Shown here one piece after another: positions 12,651-25,285 of a DNA stretch of 64,000 nucleotides; positions within the stretch are counted from its first letter, which is position 1, and each line of letters begins with the position of its first letter. The translations under genes and the position numbers were made by a program. The notes under the pieces are model-generated. The model saw only the letters and a program-made list of their open reading frames with translations, was not told the DNA's origin and did no database searches. Source of the DNA: Felis catus (Eukaryota); NCBI RefSeq assembly GCF_018350175.1, contig NC_058374.1, positions 2,976,001 to 3,040,000 on the forward strand, read 5' to 3'.

Positions 12651-13199
12651 AGAACAATAGGCAGAGGGCTTACCTGGATTTGCATTTCAAGGCCCCCTTC
12701 CAGGCTTCCTGTGGAGAATGGAGGAGGTGTGGATGGACCAGCTGGGAAATCCACAGTACCTGGGACAACAAAGGTGGGAGCTTGAATGAGGGTAAAGCTA
12801 GTAACAGGAAGTCAAGCCATCTGCAAGAACCATCTGGCAGGACTGGGTGGTCGCCTGGATTGGGGCCAAGAAAAGGAAGAGAAACCAAAGGCGATTTGTA
12901 CATGTGGACGGACTGTCCCCTGAGTTCACTGAGAGACAGAATCTGGGTGAAGGTCTGCTCTGATGGAGACCCAGAGATCAGTTGTGGAAGGGTGATGTTT
13001 CCGGCAACTTACAAATATCTAAAAGAATAAAGCAGATGGAAGCCATGAGGTTTTGGAGCTCAGAGAAGAAGTTTGGGGCGGGAGGTGGATAAAAAATTGT
13101 GGCTACTCTATACGCATACATTTTGTGGGAACTGAATTCTAAAACATGCACATGACATCTTACGAACCCAGCTGTGAAAATAGGAAAAGGCCAGGGGCC

Positions 13200-13350
13200 A
13201 CATGACAGGCCAAAACAGCACCGCAAAGACGTCTATGTTCCAATCCCTGAAATCTGAGGAAGGGTAATCAGGTTCAAGTGGATTTAACGTGGCTCGTGAG
13301 ATGACCTTGAGATGGACGGGTATCCTGGGCTATCTGGGCAGCCTGAACGG
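13200..13350 (+). mobile_element. MLT1 (MaLR) LTR fragment
   Basis: CAAAGACGTCTATGTTCCAATCCCTGAAATCTG...GACCTTGAGATGG...ATCCTGGGCTATCTGGGC resembles the MLT1D/E 5' part. Confidence 0.55.
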
Positions 13351-13749
13351 ACTACGACAGTAGTGACCACCTTTTCTTCTATAATGTTATACTAAACTTA
13401 CAGGGAAGCAAACAATAGTTTGGGCAGTAACCAGAGTCCCATTACGTAGCCCTCTCTAGCGACTTCTGGACGAACAGAACGTGTGATGAGTTTCCTCAGA
13501 CCACAGGATCCACTCAGAAGGTGAGTGTATTTAAACTACAGACTTTCATTCTATTATCACCATCATTGCCTTGGTGATCTTTAGGGGACGTTGGAAATAG
13601 CTTGTCTCGTGTTCGGTCAAGTGTTTGTAAGAGGCGCATGCTTCACCTACCAATGTAGAATTAATGAGCCAAACATATACAAACTATAGTTTGAAAGAAC
13701 TGGAGTATCTGGCCTGCTTTCCACACACACAAACTTCCCCAGCTGCTGT

Positions 13750-14160
13750 TGAAAGGGCGGGCCTACGCCGGCCGACTCCATCTTGTTCTGTGTCCTTCAC
13801 CTAGACCACGCCTCCACCCCTTGAGTAACCTCCCGCTCACCCGTTCAAACTTCCTGGTCAAAACACGCCCAGCGACCTGCGTAACAGGACTCCGGCCCTT
13901 CCCCAGCCAATTGGCTGAGGCCACGACCCTTCCCCAGCCAATCGGCCGAGGCCACGACCCTTCCCCAGCCAATCAGCTGCCCCTAGACCCCTATAAAACC
14001 TTTGTGCTTTTGAAACTCGCTCTCTCTCCCCGGTATCTCACCGCAGCATCGGTGCAGGTAGGGGACTGAGCTCGAGCTAGCTCGAATAAAGGCTCTTTTG
14101 CTTTTGCATCGGACTCAGCTCCCTGGTGGTCTTTGGGGATCACGAATTCTGGGCATAACA
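13750..14160 (+). mobile_element. solo LTR of a class I (gammaretrovirus-like, ERV1) endogenous retrovirus, 411 bp
   Basis: Starts TGAAAG, ends CATAACA, 4-bp TSD CTGT (13746-13749, 14161-14164). Three CCAAT repeats, TATAAAA at 13992-13998, AATAAA at 14085-14090. No PBS or internal sequence follows. Confidence 0.93.
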
Positions 14161-14500
14161 CTGTTTCTTCTTCAAGTCTCATAACTGCATTGCTTACTCT
14201 GGAAGAGAACTTACCACCTGGTGCTATTACTCCAAAATCGAATCCACTTGACCAAACAAGATGAAATAGGTACTACAATACATGATATTCTTTGTACTTA
14301 TTTTTTTTATCATTAGCACTTATTTTTTAATCATTAGCTGCCAGGCTCTTGGTTATAATTTTCTAACTATAAAAATGCCGTTCAAGCTTCAGCACGTGCC
14401 TTCACGTTCTCCTCCCTATCACCACCAACTTTGGTCAAAGTTCTTCCTTCTGACCAATGCCCGTATATCTTATACGTCATTTAAAACAAACACATACTTT

Positions 14501-14707
14501 GGGGTGCCTGGGTGGCTCAGTCGGTTAAGCATCCGACTTCAGCTCAGGTCATGGTCTCACAGTTCCTGAGTTCGAGCCCTACGTTGGGCTCCAAGCTGAC
14601 AGGTTGGAGCCTGGAACCTGCTTCCAATTCTGTGTCTCCTTTTCTCTCTGCCCTTCCCCTGCTCTCACTCTGTCTCTCTCAAAAATAAATAAAACAAACA
14701 AAAAAAA
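14501..14707 (+). mobile_element. Can-SINE
   Basis: GGGGTGCCTGGGTGGCTCAGTCGG head, (CT)n, A-rich tail. Confidence 0.96.
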
Positions 14708-14864
14708 CCACGTACATTAAAATATGCCCCTGCCATCCATTTTTCACATCTACTACTCAGTTATACAGGTTGATGATGCTGATGGAATTGAGATTAGAGT
14801 CTGAATGAATCTCTGGCTTCTATGTTTGGACAGCCAATACCAATTCAATATTCCAAACTTCAAT

Positions 14865-15110
14865 TGTTGTTTCTTTGGGTTTTTGTTTGTTTGTTTTTTG
14901 TTTTTGAGAGGGAGAGAGAGAGAGAGACAGAGAGCGAGCAAGCAGGGGAGGGGTGGAGAGAGAGGGAGACACAGAATCCAAAGCAGACTCCAGGCTCTGA
15001 GCTGTCAGCGCAGAGCCCGACGTGGGGCTCGAACTCACGAACCGCGAGATCATGACCTGAACTGAAATCAAGAGTTGGATGCTTAACTGACTGAACCACC
15101 CAGGCACCCT
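14865..15110 (-). mobile_element. Can-SINE
   Basis: T-rich tail, (GA)n, ends CCACCCAGGCACCC. Confidence 0.96.
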
Positions 15111-15439
15111 TAATTTTTTTTATTCTATTATTCTGTCAACATATAGGAAACATGAGAGGGAACAGAAAATCTCATTCGACAATTAGGTAACAATCAAGTG
15201 CTAGTATTGAGTTGGGGAATTTGGTTTTGAGATGTAACCAGTTGCGCATACCATTGTGTTGTATGAATATTGCACAGAACATTTGGCAACTCCCCTGTTT
15301 GTGAACACATGGAATATATTAGTTAGGGCTTTCTAGAAAAGCAGATCCAATAGGCAATATGGATGATCTCTTTCTTTCTATATACATAGTGTCTCTCTCC
15401 CTTCCTCGCTCTGTCCCTGGCCCCCTCCCCCCACTCATT

Positions 15440-15921
15440 ATCACATCTAAAATAGGGATGCATCATATAATTGCTGTGATCCATAGTCATGCGTGGTCAC
15501 CTCTAACTACATGTTCATCAAAGCATGCAGACTAGATGCCAATGGTTTATAAGAAAATTCTAGGACAATAACAGAGCACAGAGAAGATGCTGTGTCATCA
15601 ATGTTGTTAATGGCACAAAGAATAATGCCAAAACATTAGAAGTACAGAGACTTAATTAACACCTAAACAATAAAGTATTTAGAAAAGCTGGAGTACAACA
15701 GAACTTTTAAGAATACCAATTTAGTTCACTTATACTCTGTCTTATACAGGAACACGAGAGATGTAGGATAACAATACTTTTCTGAATAAATATTAAAGGG
15801 TTTTCTGGTAAATAGAAAATCTAGGTGATTATTTAATTAGCAACATTTTCTCTTCCTCAATGCAATAGAAAATGGGGGTGTACCTTTCAATCAACGGCAC
15901 CTTTGACTTGATGGAATGCAG
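15440..15921. mobile_element. TcMar-Tc2 (Kanga/MER104-like) DNA transposon remnant
   Basis: ACATCTAAAATAGGGATGCATCATATAATTG, AAGATGCTGTGTCATCAATGTTGTTAATGGCACA and terminal CAATCAACGGCACCTTTGACTTGATGGAATGCAG resemble the remembered consensus. Confidence 0.45.
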
Positions 15922-17657
15922 ATATTTGAAAAACATTGCCCAGTCTAAATTTCCTAGGAACACATTATTCTGCAGTATATCAAGATCCCACCTGAACCAA
16001 TGCTACAGCAGAAATTCAGAGAACATAAATTAAAATCTTGTCTCAAATGATTATTTCTGAGATTTTATTCATGCTTGGAAAAATAGGTCAACCCACTCAT
16101 GTCAAAATTCCCTCTTACATGATAAAAAGAGAAACTTTCCCCAAAATATAACTATAAAATACCATGCATTCATAAAATGTTTTAAAGGACCAAAGAAAAA
16201 GAAAACTCTTAAAATATTTGTCAGAATAATGGAAGAAGATACTGGGTTTTGAAACAGATATTGTATAATTTTCTACCCTATTATTTCCATTGTATTGTAT
16301 CTCAGGATGTTAAAAAAAAATCAAGTAAGAAATGATGCAACACTCTAACTCACCAAATCTAAATTGTAGGTGTTGGCATCCAAAGAAATCTCTTTATTCA
16401 GTCCCATCACAGGAAGGAGAAGTGACCTTCATTCAGCTCCAAAACACGATGTGAGAAATGTTGGTTAATGCTTTGCACTTAATAAGACACTCTCCAGAAA
16501 TTATGTAGTTTGAATGTGTTCAAAAAGAATATTCCATTAAATATTTATTACTAAATGCAATGCTGATAAATTAATTTTTCCTCATTCACTGAGAGATTGT
16601 GTGGTAATCAAGCACTTTTGTTTTTTAATAACTACTAGATTGCCTCAGTAATCTCTAACTGTGAACTGGAGCGTGTTCAAGTGAATTGTAAACCACCCTC
16701 CTTACTACTCCCTTACTCTTCTCTTTATTCCTAACGCTTAAACTCCTACTATGCCGCAATAGAAAGTTCTGGAAAGAGTGTTTTCTTTTTAAAGTATATT
16801 AATGCAGCTTTACTCATTTGGTGACTGAAAGTGAAGTGTTAATTCCCAGCTAAAGAAGGCTGAGTATTAAAACATAGGCATATTGGATGATGTAAAGGCA
16901 GATTAACCAGGAAAAAAACAAAAAGAGACACAATCACACCCTGTATGTATGTCACCCCCCCACCTCCTTCTTCACAGCTGAGACTTGGTTCCATACCAAG
17001 ACAGAAAACCACTCCTCGTTACCAAAGAGCTTAATGACCAAAGCCAATGGGATGATGAGGAAATGCTCTGGGAGTATTTCACTTCAGGGAAAAAATCTAA
17101 CTTTTTACAACCATCACTATGGTTCCCCGACTCCCCCAATGTGCTGTCGTGGCCTTGCGCTTGGGTGGCAGAAGAGGTGGAGACATCACGGTTGTCTCTG
17201 TGCCCCTGAGCTCTGCTCCTCTGCCTGGTGTTGGCTTTGTCTCCATGTCTCCTGCTAGTTGCTGGGACGGAGTCCACGGGATGCCTGTTCAAACACTTGG
17301 TATTTTTACAGAGGAATTCAAGAAGCCTCAAACTGTTCAACCAGAAAGAACAAAGCATCTATTTGGTAGTTAGGAAAGCAAAGGATGGGCTCATGGCTTT
17401 TATCGCTCAGTCTTGCCCTGTGGCACTGCTATGGTGCCTCGCGGGACTGCCACCACCCCCCTCCCCCCGCCAGGCTCCTTCTGCTTCTTAAATCAGGGTG
17501 CTGTAAAGCCGAATGGACGTTGCCTCACTGTGTCGTCAGTCCCGTGTGTAGCACATGTAGGCATAAAACCAAGGACGGCATCAGAGTACGAACTTTCGAG
17601 ACGAATGATTTTCCACCGCAATTTTTCATTCTATGAAACTGGGCTGTGCCCAATTAT

Positions 17658-17658
17658 T

Positions 17659-17697
<39 letters not shown>

Positions 17698-17890
17698 TTT
17701 TTTGGGGGACAGAGAGAGACAGAGCATGAACGGGGGAGGGGCAGAGAGAGAGGGAGACACAGAATCGGAAACAGGCTCCAGGCTCCAAGCCATCAGCCCA
17801 GAGCCCGACGCGGGGCTCGAACTCACGGACCGCGAGATCGTGACCTGCCTGAAGTCGGACGCTTAACCGACTGCGCCACCCAGGCGCCCC
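17658..17890 (-). mobile_element. Can-SINE, young variant
   Basis: (TTTA)n tail, GACTGCGCCACCCAGGCGCCCC end; perfect 18-bp TSD TGGGCTGTGCCCAATTAT at 17640-17657 and 17891-17908. Confidence 0.98.
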
Positions 17891-18324
17891 TGGGCTGTGC
17901 CCAATTATAAAGAAAGAGTCAGGAATGAGTAAAACCGCTTATTTAAAAATTGAAGAGAGATTCATTAATGGTTTCTGATCCCTTTTTGTAACGTAAGTTA
18001 CACATACTAAAAAATAAAAAGGGGAGAGCGTGAAAAACTATTCATAGCAAAGTATCCTTCTCTAAACACTAGAATCCTTTCTTTCTTGGCTGGAAGGAAA
18101 CAAGATGTGATCAAGGGGTCAGGAGTTTCTCTCTCCCTGCCTCTATCTGTTTTCCTCTCTGTCTTTATCTCTCTGTCTCTCTGTCTGTCTCGCTCTGTCT
18201 TCAGTTTCAATGAGCCACAGGCAACATCCACGTTCTTTCCGATGCTTTACTCCTGTTTATTTGCGTATCTCACAGATGATACGCACAGATTTCCGTTTGT
18301 ATAAACCCGAAAGGAAAATACGAT

Positions 18325-18430
18325 TTTCCCCATCCTTCCAGGTGAGCAAACTGAGGCAGAGAGTCCTAAGCAGCCTGCACTCAGTCACACAGCTGTGAGG
18401 TGTCAGGGTGACCTCTAAGCCCAGCAGGTG
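18325..18430 (-). mobile_element. MIR remnant
   Basis: Core CCCCATC...GGTGAGCAAACTGAGGCAGAGAG...GTCACACAGCT. Confidence 0.7.
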
Positions 18431-18720
18431 CACCTCAGGTGGGTACACTATCCCACTTTGTGCTCATTGCCAGCCGTCAGCACTGTGACCCAAGAACTGG
18501 GTGCAAAACCCCTATTTGAGAGGGACTGTTTGATGTCATTTAGATGGGAAGGTCTGAGCGAAGTGTCTCAGGAAGATGGCCTTAGGAAAGGTGAAGGTCC
18601 AGAGGGGGGCGGTTTTGAAACTACAGGCAATGAAAGATTTTGTGACTGACCTTGGAAATGATTTTGGAAATAAGCTGCTGGAACTGAAATATATATTTCT
18701 GTTTCATTTAAGAAGGACAT

Positions 18721-18939
18721 TTTAAAATTTTTTTTTAGTTTATTTATTCATTTTTGAGAGGGACAGAGACAGCAGGAGGGGGAAGGAGCAGAAAGAGAGA
18801 GAGACACACAGAATCCAAAGCAGGCTCCAGGCTCTGAGCTGTCAACACAGAGCCCGACACGGGGCTCGAATCCACCAGTTGTGAGATCATGACCTGAGCC
18901 AAAGTTGGACGCTTAACTGACTGAGCCACCCAGGCGCCC
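18721..18939 (-). mobile_element. Can-SINE
   Basis: Reverse SINE body ending GCCACCCAGGCGCCC. Confidence 0.95.
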
Positions 18940-19374
18940 TAGGAAGGGAATATTGAGTCTTACTAATTTTCAGACAGTTTAATGAAAATGAGGGAAGAGT
19001 GTCCTATAGAGTTTGAAACCAGTCTTTGTATGTTTTCCTTTACGAAGAAGCCTGGCAGTGTCTATACCACTTGCCCGTCCTCACCAGCAGTCAGAGCAAG
19101 CCCAACTTGGGGGAAAAACTCAAGACTCAGCAACAGGATGCCGGCGAATGCTCTCGTGGATGGCATCCTGGGAAAACTTACCCGCCTTCAGATTTCCGAT
19201 AGTAAATAGCTACTTGTAAAGCTGTTTCTTTGTAAAAATAGAAGCACGGAGGGAAAACAAAAACCTCTGAAGTTTATAAAATTGCTTTAAAAATCTGAAG
19301 CAACAAATGAAATCTTATGATTAGAGTTAGTGTTGTCAGTCTGGATTCAATATATAAGTATGTGTGTATGTATG

Positions 19375-19525
19375 TATTCATCATCTGTCCACCCATCCGT
19401 CCATACATCCATCCACCACCTGGCAATCTAACTAGCTAGCTAGCTAGCTATCATTTATCTAAATTATCTATCTCCCATTATCTCTCTACATCTATCTATT
19501 CACCCTACCATCCATCTGTCCATTT
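19375..19525. repeat. degenerate (TCCA)n/(TCTA)n/(CTAG)n microsatellite
   Basis: Read directly. Confidence 0.8.
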
Positions 19526-20559
19526 TTCAAATTCTCTATCAATGATGTTAAGCTTCAAGACTCTCTCACTTGCGTTCCTTCTTTGGCCTCAGAGATTAGT
19601 CGATCTCCTCAAACTACATTGGGATGTACGGGTTTCCGGGGGACTGGACCCCGTTACATCTTTCCAGGTACCGTGGGTACCCATTCTTCACTTCTCGGCC
19701 ACCATGATAGAATCCAATTTTTCTAAAAGAACTGCTATCCTCAGGACTACACATAAAAAATGAGGCACCAGGCTTCCCTGTGTGCTGACCTTGAAACTGT
19801 CAGGCATTTCTGTCACCCCACATAGCTTCACCTCCATGAGTTGAGAGGACCCCTTCTCAGACTCTTCTCAGGCAAGGTCTAAGTTCATACCACACCCTTA
19901 GTGTCTCCCTTCTGCCTGGTGATTGAATTCATCCCATTTAGGAGTGGGGAGAAACAAGTCTTCCTTCTTCTTGGGTTCTCCTCACCTCGGTGAAGTATGC
20001 TTTATATTCTATGCTCCCAATTCTCTGGTTTTGCTATTGGTATTCTTAGCTAAGCTATTTTTCATACGAAGATAAAAAAATTCCTTCCCAACAGAGCCCA
20101 GCTCTTAGAAATCAAAAGTGCTTTGACTTTCAATTGTTCAGCGTTCATTCTTAAAATGTCTAATTAGGAGCTCAAAATTCAAGAGGTTAACATTTGTTAG
20201 GTTCCTTTGTATTCTCCTTCCCGAGGCCACGAAGCTCAGCTTCATGATGTAGATATTAATAGAGGAGAGGACGCAGGATTTAAAATACATGTAGAGGTAA
20301 ACATGTTTTGGGTGCTTTCCCATAATACTGTCCCACAGAAATGCATCAGGCAGAGCACTCCCCATTGTCCCCGATATTTCTACAGACACTGCCTCATTCA
20401 TGCACCCCAAAGGGGAGAAAACATGCCTTCTAAGAAAGGCTGGGTGATCCTGCCACCTTTCCTCCCTCTGCCAGGACTTTGTGTCCAGGGCCTCCTTTTC
20501 CCTATGTCATCTTTCTCTGTTTAGTCCTTTCTAGTAGCGTATACTCGCTTTAAAATATC

Positions 20560-21430
20560 CCCTTCTAAACACACAAATCCCCGTTCTCTCTCCTGGAATA
20601 CCAGAGTCATGACGTAACTGCCTCCTTGATATTTCATCTAGTTTCTTAGTAACTGCTCCCTCTGAACATGTCTAAACCTGAGCTTCTGATCTCCCACCAG
20701 CCAAACCAGGGCCCCTGCAAGGCCCCCAGTCAGATCATGGCAGCCGTGTTTTCCTGGGTGGGTAGGCTGGGAGCCTCCACTTTGCCTTTTTCCCCCCAGT
20801 CTTCCCCACGTTCAGTCTCTTGGGAGGTCGTGTAGGGTCGCTTCTCGCCCTTTCTCGTTCCACCTTGGTTTTTGTGCTTTATCTCACTGGTCTAGTAGCT
20901 GGAATCCCCATTTCTGCCTCCCTGCTATCTGCGGGCGACTCAGTGGTCAGAACCATCTGTAAAACTGAAGACTCTATACACCTGCCCGAACGCCTCCTGG
21001 GCTCCCAACCCTCTCCAAGTAAGACCCAACCTTTCTACATCTGGAAAACCCCACACTATCAGGGTCCCTTTCTCCTCTCTGAACTCATCTGTGACTCCTC
21101 TTGTCCCAATTACCTCCACTCAGCCACCCGCCTCCCTCCATGTTTCGACTGGGCCATACACCGCATCAGGATCTCCGCACTTTCTGTGAAGACTTTCCTC
21201 CTGTTACCACGCAGCCAACCCCTTCAACTACCTCCAGTCTGAGCTCAAATGTCGCCAAATCTGCACACCACTCTCACCCCCGACATTCGCTTCACCCTCT
21301 CTGCCTTATTCTTCACCCTTACCGTTTACCGCTCTCTCACTTTGAGCTTCTTTATATTTCTTGCTGTCTCTGCCTCCAAACAAAATGCAGGCTTCATGTG
21401 TGCAGAGAAAACACATTGGAATTATCCCAA
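20560..21430 (+). mobile_element. LINE-2 remnant
   Basis: CTCTCTCCTGGAATACCAGA...AACTGCCTCCTTGATATTTC...AACATGTCTAAACCTGAGCTTCTGATCT are L2-like motifs within a C/T-rich body. Confidence 0.65.
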
Positions 21431-21961
21431 CTTAGGAGCACTTTGTTTGACAATTTAGAAGAGGGTCCCATATTCACTGAATATTCTTGTGTTACTGATA
21501 TAACTGTACTAAAGACATAAGGGCTTACTTAAATGTACCAATAATCTTCACTGTGGATCTATAAGGTCAAAGATAGTGCTAATCTTCCTATACCACGGGC
21601 ATCATCTTCAATTGGTTGTAACTGGAAAACACAAGTTTTTGATGTCTATGTTTTAGATATACATGCCCTTTATTTCATGCTATTATATTTATTAATAGTT
21701 AGCTTCTTCTTAAATCCACAGTTGCTACAAACGAACTCTTCAGACTGCATGGTTCGGTGTGTCTGCAATTTTGTGCAGATTGTTTTTATATCAAGACCCC
21801 AAAAACCAACTCCTGAACAGCGTCATTTTAAGGTCACGTACGCTGCTCAGGACAACATATTCAAGTTTCTAACAATCGGAAGGGATTTATCCCCATGGCT
21901 GACAATGCCGCTTCAAGAGAACCCTTCAAGGAACAAGACAGCAGCTGTGAAATCTTGGAGT

Positions 21962-22125
21962 NNNNNNNNNNNNNNNNNNNNNNNNNNNNNNNNNNNNNNN
22001 NNNNNNNNNNNNNNNNNNNNNNNNNNNNNNNNNNNNNNNNNNNNNNNNNNNNNNNNNNNNNNNNNNNNNNNNNNNNNNNNNNNNNNNNNNNNNNNNNNNN
22101 NNNNNNNNNNNNNNNNNNNNNNNNN
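21962..22125. other. assembly gap (164 N)
   Basis: N run. Confidence 1.
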
Positions 22126-24335
22126 TCTGAAGCAAGCACGATTGGTGGGCAATAACTGACAAGATACTGGAACGGGGAAAATATGAAAAAGGACAGTGTG
22201 GAAAATCAACAGGGAGACAACCGACTTAACCCCCAATGATCAAATTTGCAGTTAAACAGCAACATTTATCGGTCGTTAGAAAACCGGGCAAACCCGGCAT
22301 CTTCTTTGTTTTCTCTAACTATGGTTTTGCTTCCCTGTCCTGCCATCTTGATGTTGTCCAAGACAGTTAACATTCTCCTGGGAAGCAGCAGGTTGTGACG
22401 ACATGTTCTGTAAGTTCGAACCATTCGCTTCCCGATATTGTGATTTGCTTCCAAACGTTCTATCTTCACAACCATAGCCACCCTTTAAAAAGAAGTCCTT
22501 ATAAACCATCCGATGTCCTTTACAACCTAAATTTTTATTAAGGACCTTAAAGAAAAGCAATGGGATTGACAAAAACGTACGGTGACGTACCATTGGAAGA
22601 TTTAAAGTTTCATTAAGGTCAAAAGAGACTGGAACTTACAGAGAATCCCACAGAAGGCAGGAGATACTCTGTCTCTTCTTTGTGTCCTCATCAACGACTG
22701 TTTAAGTTCTTGTTATCCCGGATGCAGTCTTGGTGGTAAAGGGTGATAAGAACTAAAACATTTATTCTGGAGCAACCTAATGGGATATGAACTCCAACAA
22801 ATACAACAGAAGGCAACACTGCAAAGTGAGTTTTGAAAATGGTGGTTAACAATAATTTATATTTTTACTTCCTGGGCCAAGCGTGTTGTTTACATGTACT
22901 TTCCTTTCTTACATTTTATAGGAAATGTAAAAGAAGAATCCAGAGATATTCCTGATGCAACTTGGAGAACCACTGGCTTTGGGTGAGTCTAGGCTCCAGA
23001 AACAGGTGTTTCTTACAGCTTTCTGTAAGAAAGCATGGGAAAATCCAAGGACAGGAGCAATTCTTTTAGAGAAGATCACTTCATGTTGGGAACTGTTTAG
23101 TATACAGGGACCTGTGGGGTCCCCAGGAAATACGCTGGTGTGCAGCTCTATGGAGAACTTGGGGCTGAAGATACTAATCTAGAACTGAGATTCGCATAAA
23201 TAGCGAATGAAGTCATTGGCTTGCAAAGGTTCTCTGGGAAAACAAGGAGAAATGGGAAGAGAATGGCAGGAGAACTGCGCATTCACGGAACACTAGTGAC
23301 CGAGGAGGAAACAGAAGAGGATTCAGAAAATGCCGCTGCGTGGACCAGCGTGGCAAAGTGCATGTTGGACTTGGCCATCAAAGGGCATATGTGACCTTGA
23401 AAAAACAAGTGTGGGTGGGTGAGGGCAGAGTGGGGGGGGGGGCATCCTGGGGGCAGGGAGAGGAGGTAAATGAAATGAAATGTTAGACTTTTCTTGAAAC
23501 ATCCTCCCAAAGCACATTGACCCTGGTTGAGATGACACGGTCAGCACAGAAAAGAGGAAAACGAAAATGAACATGACCGTGTTTCTTAGCATATCATTGA
23601 AATTCAGTATTTGGGGGATCAGTTTGTATTCTGTTTCACACAAGGGAAGCATCATATACCAACTTTTTTGGAGTCTTCCTTATTAATTTAGCAACAATAT
23701 GTAACGTTTTCCGTATTGTTAAGCATTTATTTGTGTATTAATTTTGCTTCTTTTCTGGCCTCAGGCACTGGTGGGGTGTGACAGGGCAGGGGGGGAAACT
23801 CTCCATTATCTATGTTACATACTGGATTCTGGACTGGAATAACTGAAGGAAAAGTTGTGCCGCTACAAGGAAATTTTAGAACTATCATTCCACAGGTATA
23901 TTAACAGCTAATATTATATCCTGTCAGTCGGTACATTCGCTTTTTCAAAATTTGATGGTTTTTCCAAGTTACACATTCTTATTTCACCCATAACACTTCC
24001 CAGAGCATTCTGGCAACTGCAACCGTGATCGTGTTAGATTTGCTTAGCTGCTATTCTGTTTAGTGATTTCCCACCTCTCTATGTAATTAAAGTTGCTCTG
24101 TGTTTTTCTTTTTAATTTCTTCAGAGAGTCTGACGTGAGGATTACACTCGTTCTGTAAAACAAGTTGAAAGTCTTCCCCAGTTTTTCAGCGATCTGGTGT
24201 AGTTTGTATCGTGTGGAAATTGTAATTTCTCAGAAAGATTAAAGAACCAACCTAGCATGTCAGCCGGAGAAGGAATTCAAGCACAGGACTATTCTTACAC
24301 AACAACTTTGACATTTTCTTCAATGTTTTCTTTTA

Positions 24336-24564
24336 TTTTTAATTTTTTTTTAATTTTTTTTAATGTTTATTTATTTTTGAGACAGAGAGAGACAGAGCAT
24401 GAACGGGGGAGGGGCAGAGAGAGAGGGAGACACAGAATCTGAAACGGGCTCCAGGCTCTGAGCTGTCAGCACAGAGCCCGACGCGGGGCTCGAACTCACG
24501 GACCGTGAGATCATGACCTGAGCCGAAGTCGGACGCTTAACCGACTGAGCCACCCAGGCGCCCC
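24336..24564 (-). mobile_element. Can-SINE, near-consensus
   Basis: TSD AATGTTTTCTTTTA at 24322-24335 and 24565-24578. Confidence 0.97.
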
Positions 24565-24578
24565 AATGTTTTCTTTTA

Positions 24579-24632
24579 AAAATTATTTATTTCAAGAGAG
24601 AGTGAAGGTGAGTGGGGGAGGGGCAGAGAGAA

Positions 24633-24669
<37 letters not shown>

Positions 24670-24801
24670 ATCTCAAGCAGGCTGAGCACAGAGTGAGGCA
24701 CGGGGCTTGATCTAGCCACCCTGAGATCATGACCTGAGCAGAAATTTTGAAAAATTTTGAAAAAGCTGGAGGCTTCACTGACTGAGCTCCCCAGGCGCCC
24801 C
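24579..24801 (-). mobile_element. Can-SINE, older
   Basis: Long (GA)n, diverged head; right flank TCAATATTTTCTT matches TCAATGTTTTCTT at 24320. Confidence 0.93.
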
Positions 24802-25129
24802 TCAATATTTTCTTGTTGGTTTCTTTTCCCCAGATCTTCTACTTTTCTGAAATAATTTCACTATTCACATATTTTCTAGGAAAAAAAACGTACATTTTAC
24901 AGAAACTGTGTCCGTAAGCGTAGAGTTGGACCGTGCATGCTTATAAATACCCTCCTTAGATGTTGCTTTCTGTCCCAGTTTAGGAATAAATGCGTGGGCT
25001 GCACGAGAAAATCGAACCCATTTCTCTAGTGCTGCCTTCGTGTTTCCACAGACAGGAAGGATGTCCTGATGCTTCAAACGATGATTCAAAAACCAGCTCT
25101 GCTGGGCCCGGTGCAGCTTTCATCTCTAG

Positions 25130-25280
25130 GTCAGGCGCCTTAAACTCCCTGTGTCTCAGGGTCCTCGGCTACAAAACCAGGATGGGCGTGGCAGCTTAGG
25201 TCACAGGGTCGTAGGAGGACTGATGGGCACGCCTATCACTGAAAACAGTGCTCCACGCATAGACCAAACTGCTGGTAAAT
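25130..25280 (+). mobile_element. MIR remnant
   Basis: CTTAAACTCCCTGTGTCTCAGGGTCCTCGGCTACAAAA...TCACAGGGTCGTAGGAGGACT resembles the MIR core. Confidence 0.55.
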
Positions 25281-25285
25281 GGAGG

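Noticed and set aside
13896-13979. Regularly spaced 31-bp repeats suggestive of a CRISPR array
   Set aside because: No unique spacers, eukaryotic context, and located in LTR U3.
16972-17373. Cluster of protein-looking ORFs on both strands
   Set aside because: No family recognised; 17150-17280 resembles an old LTR33/MLT1-type fragment on the minus strand.
22315-22545. Minus-strand exon-like segment (VLNKNLGCKGHR...) after a good acceptor
   Set aside because: No recognised homology or linked exons; needs BLASTX or RNA-seq.
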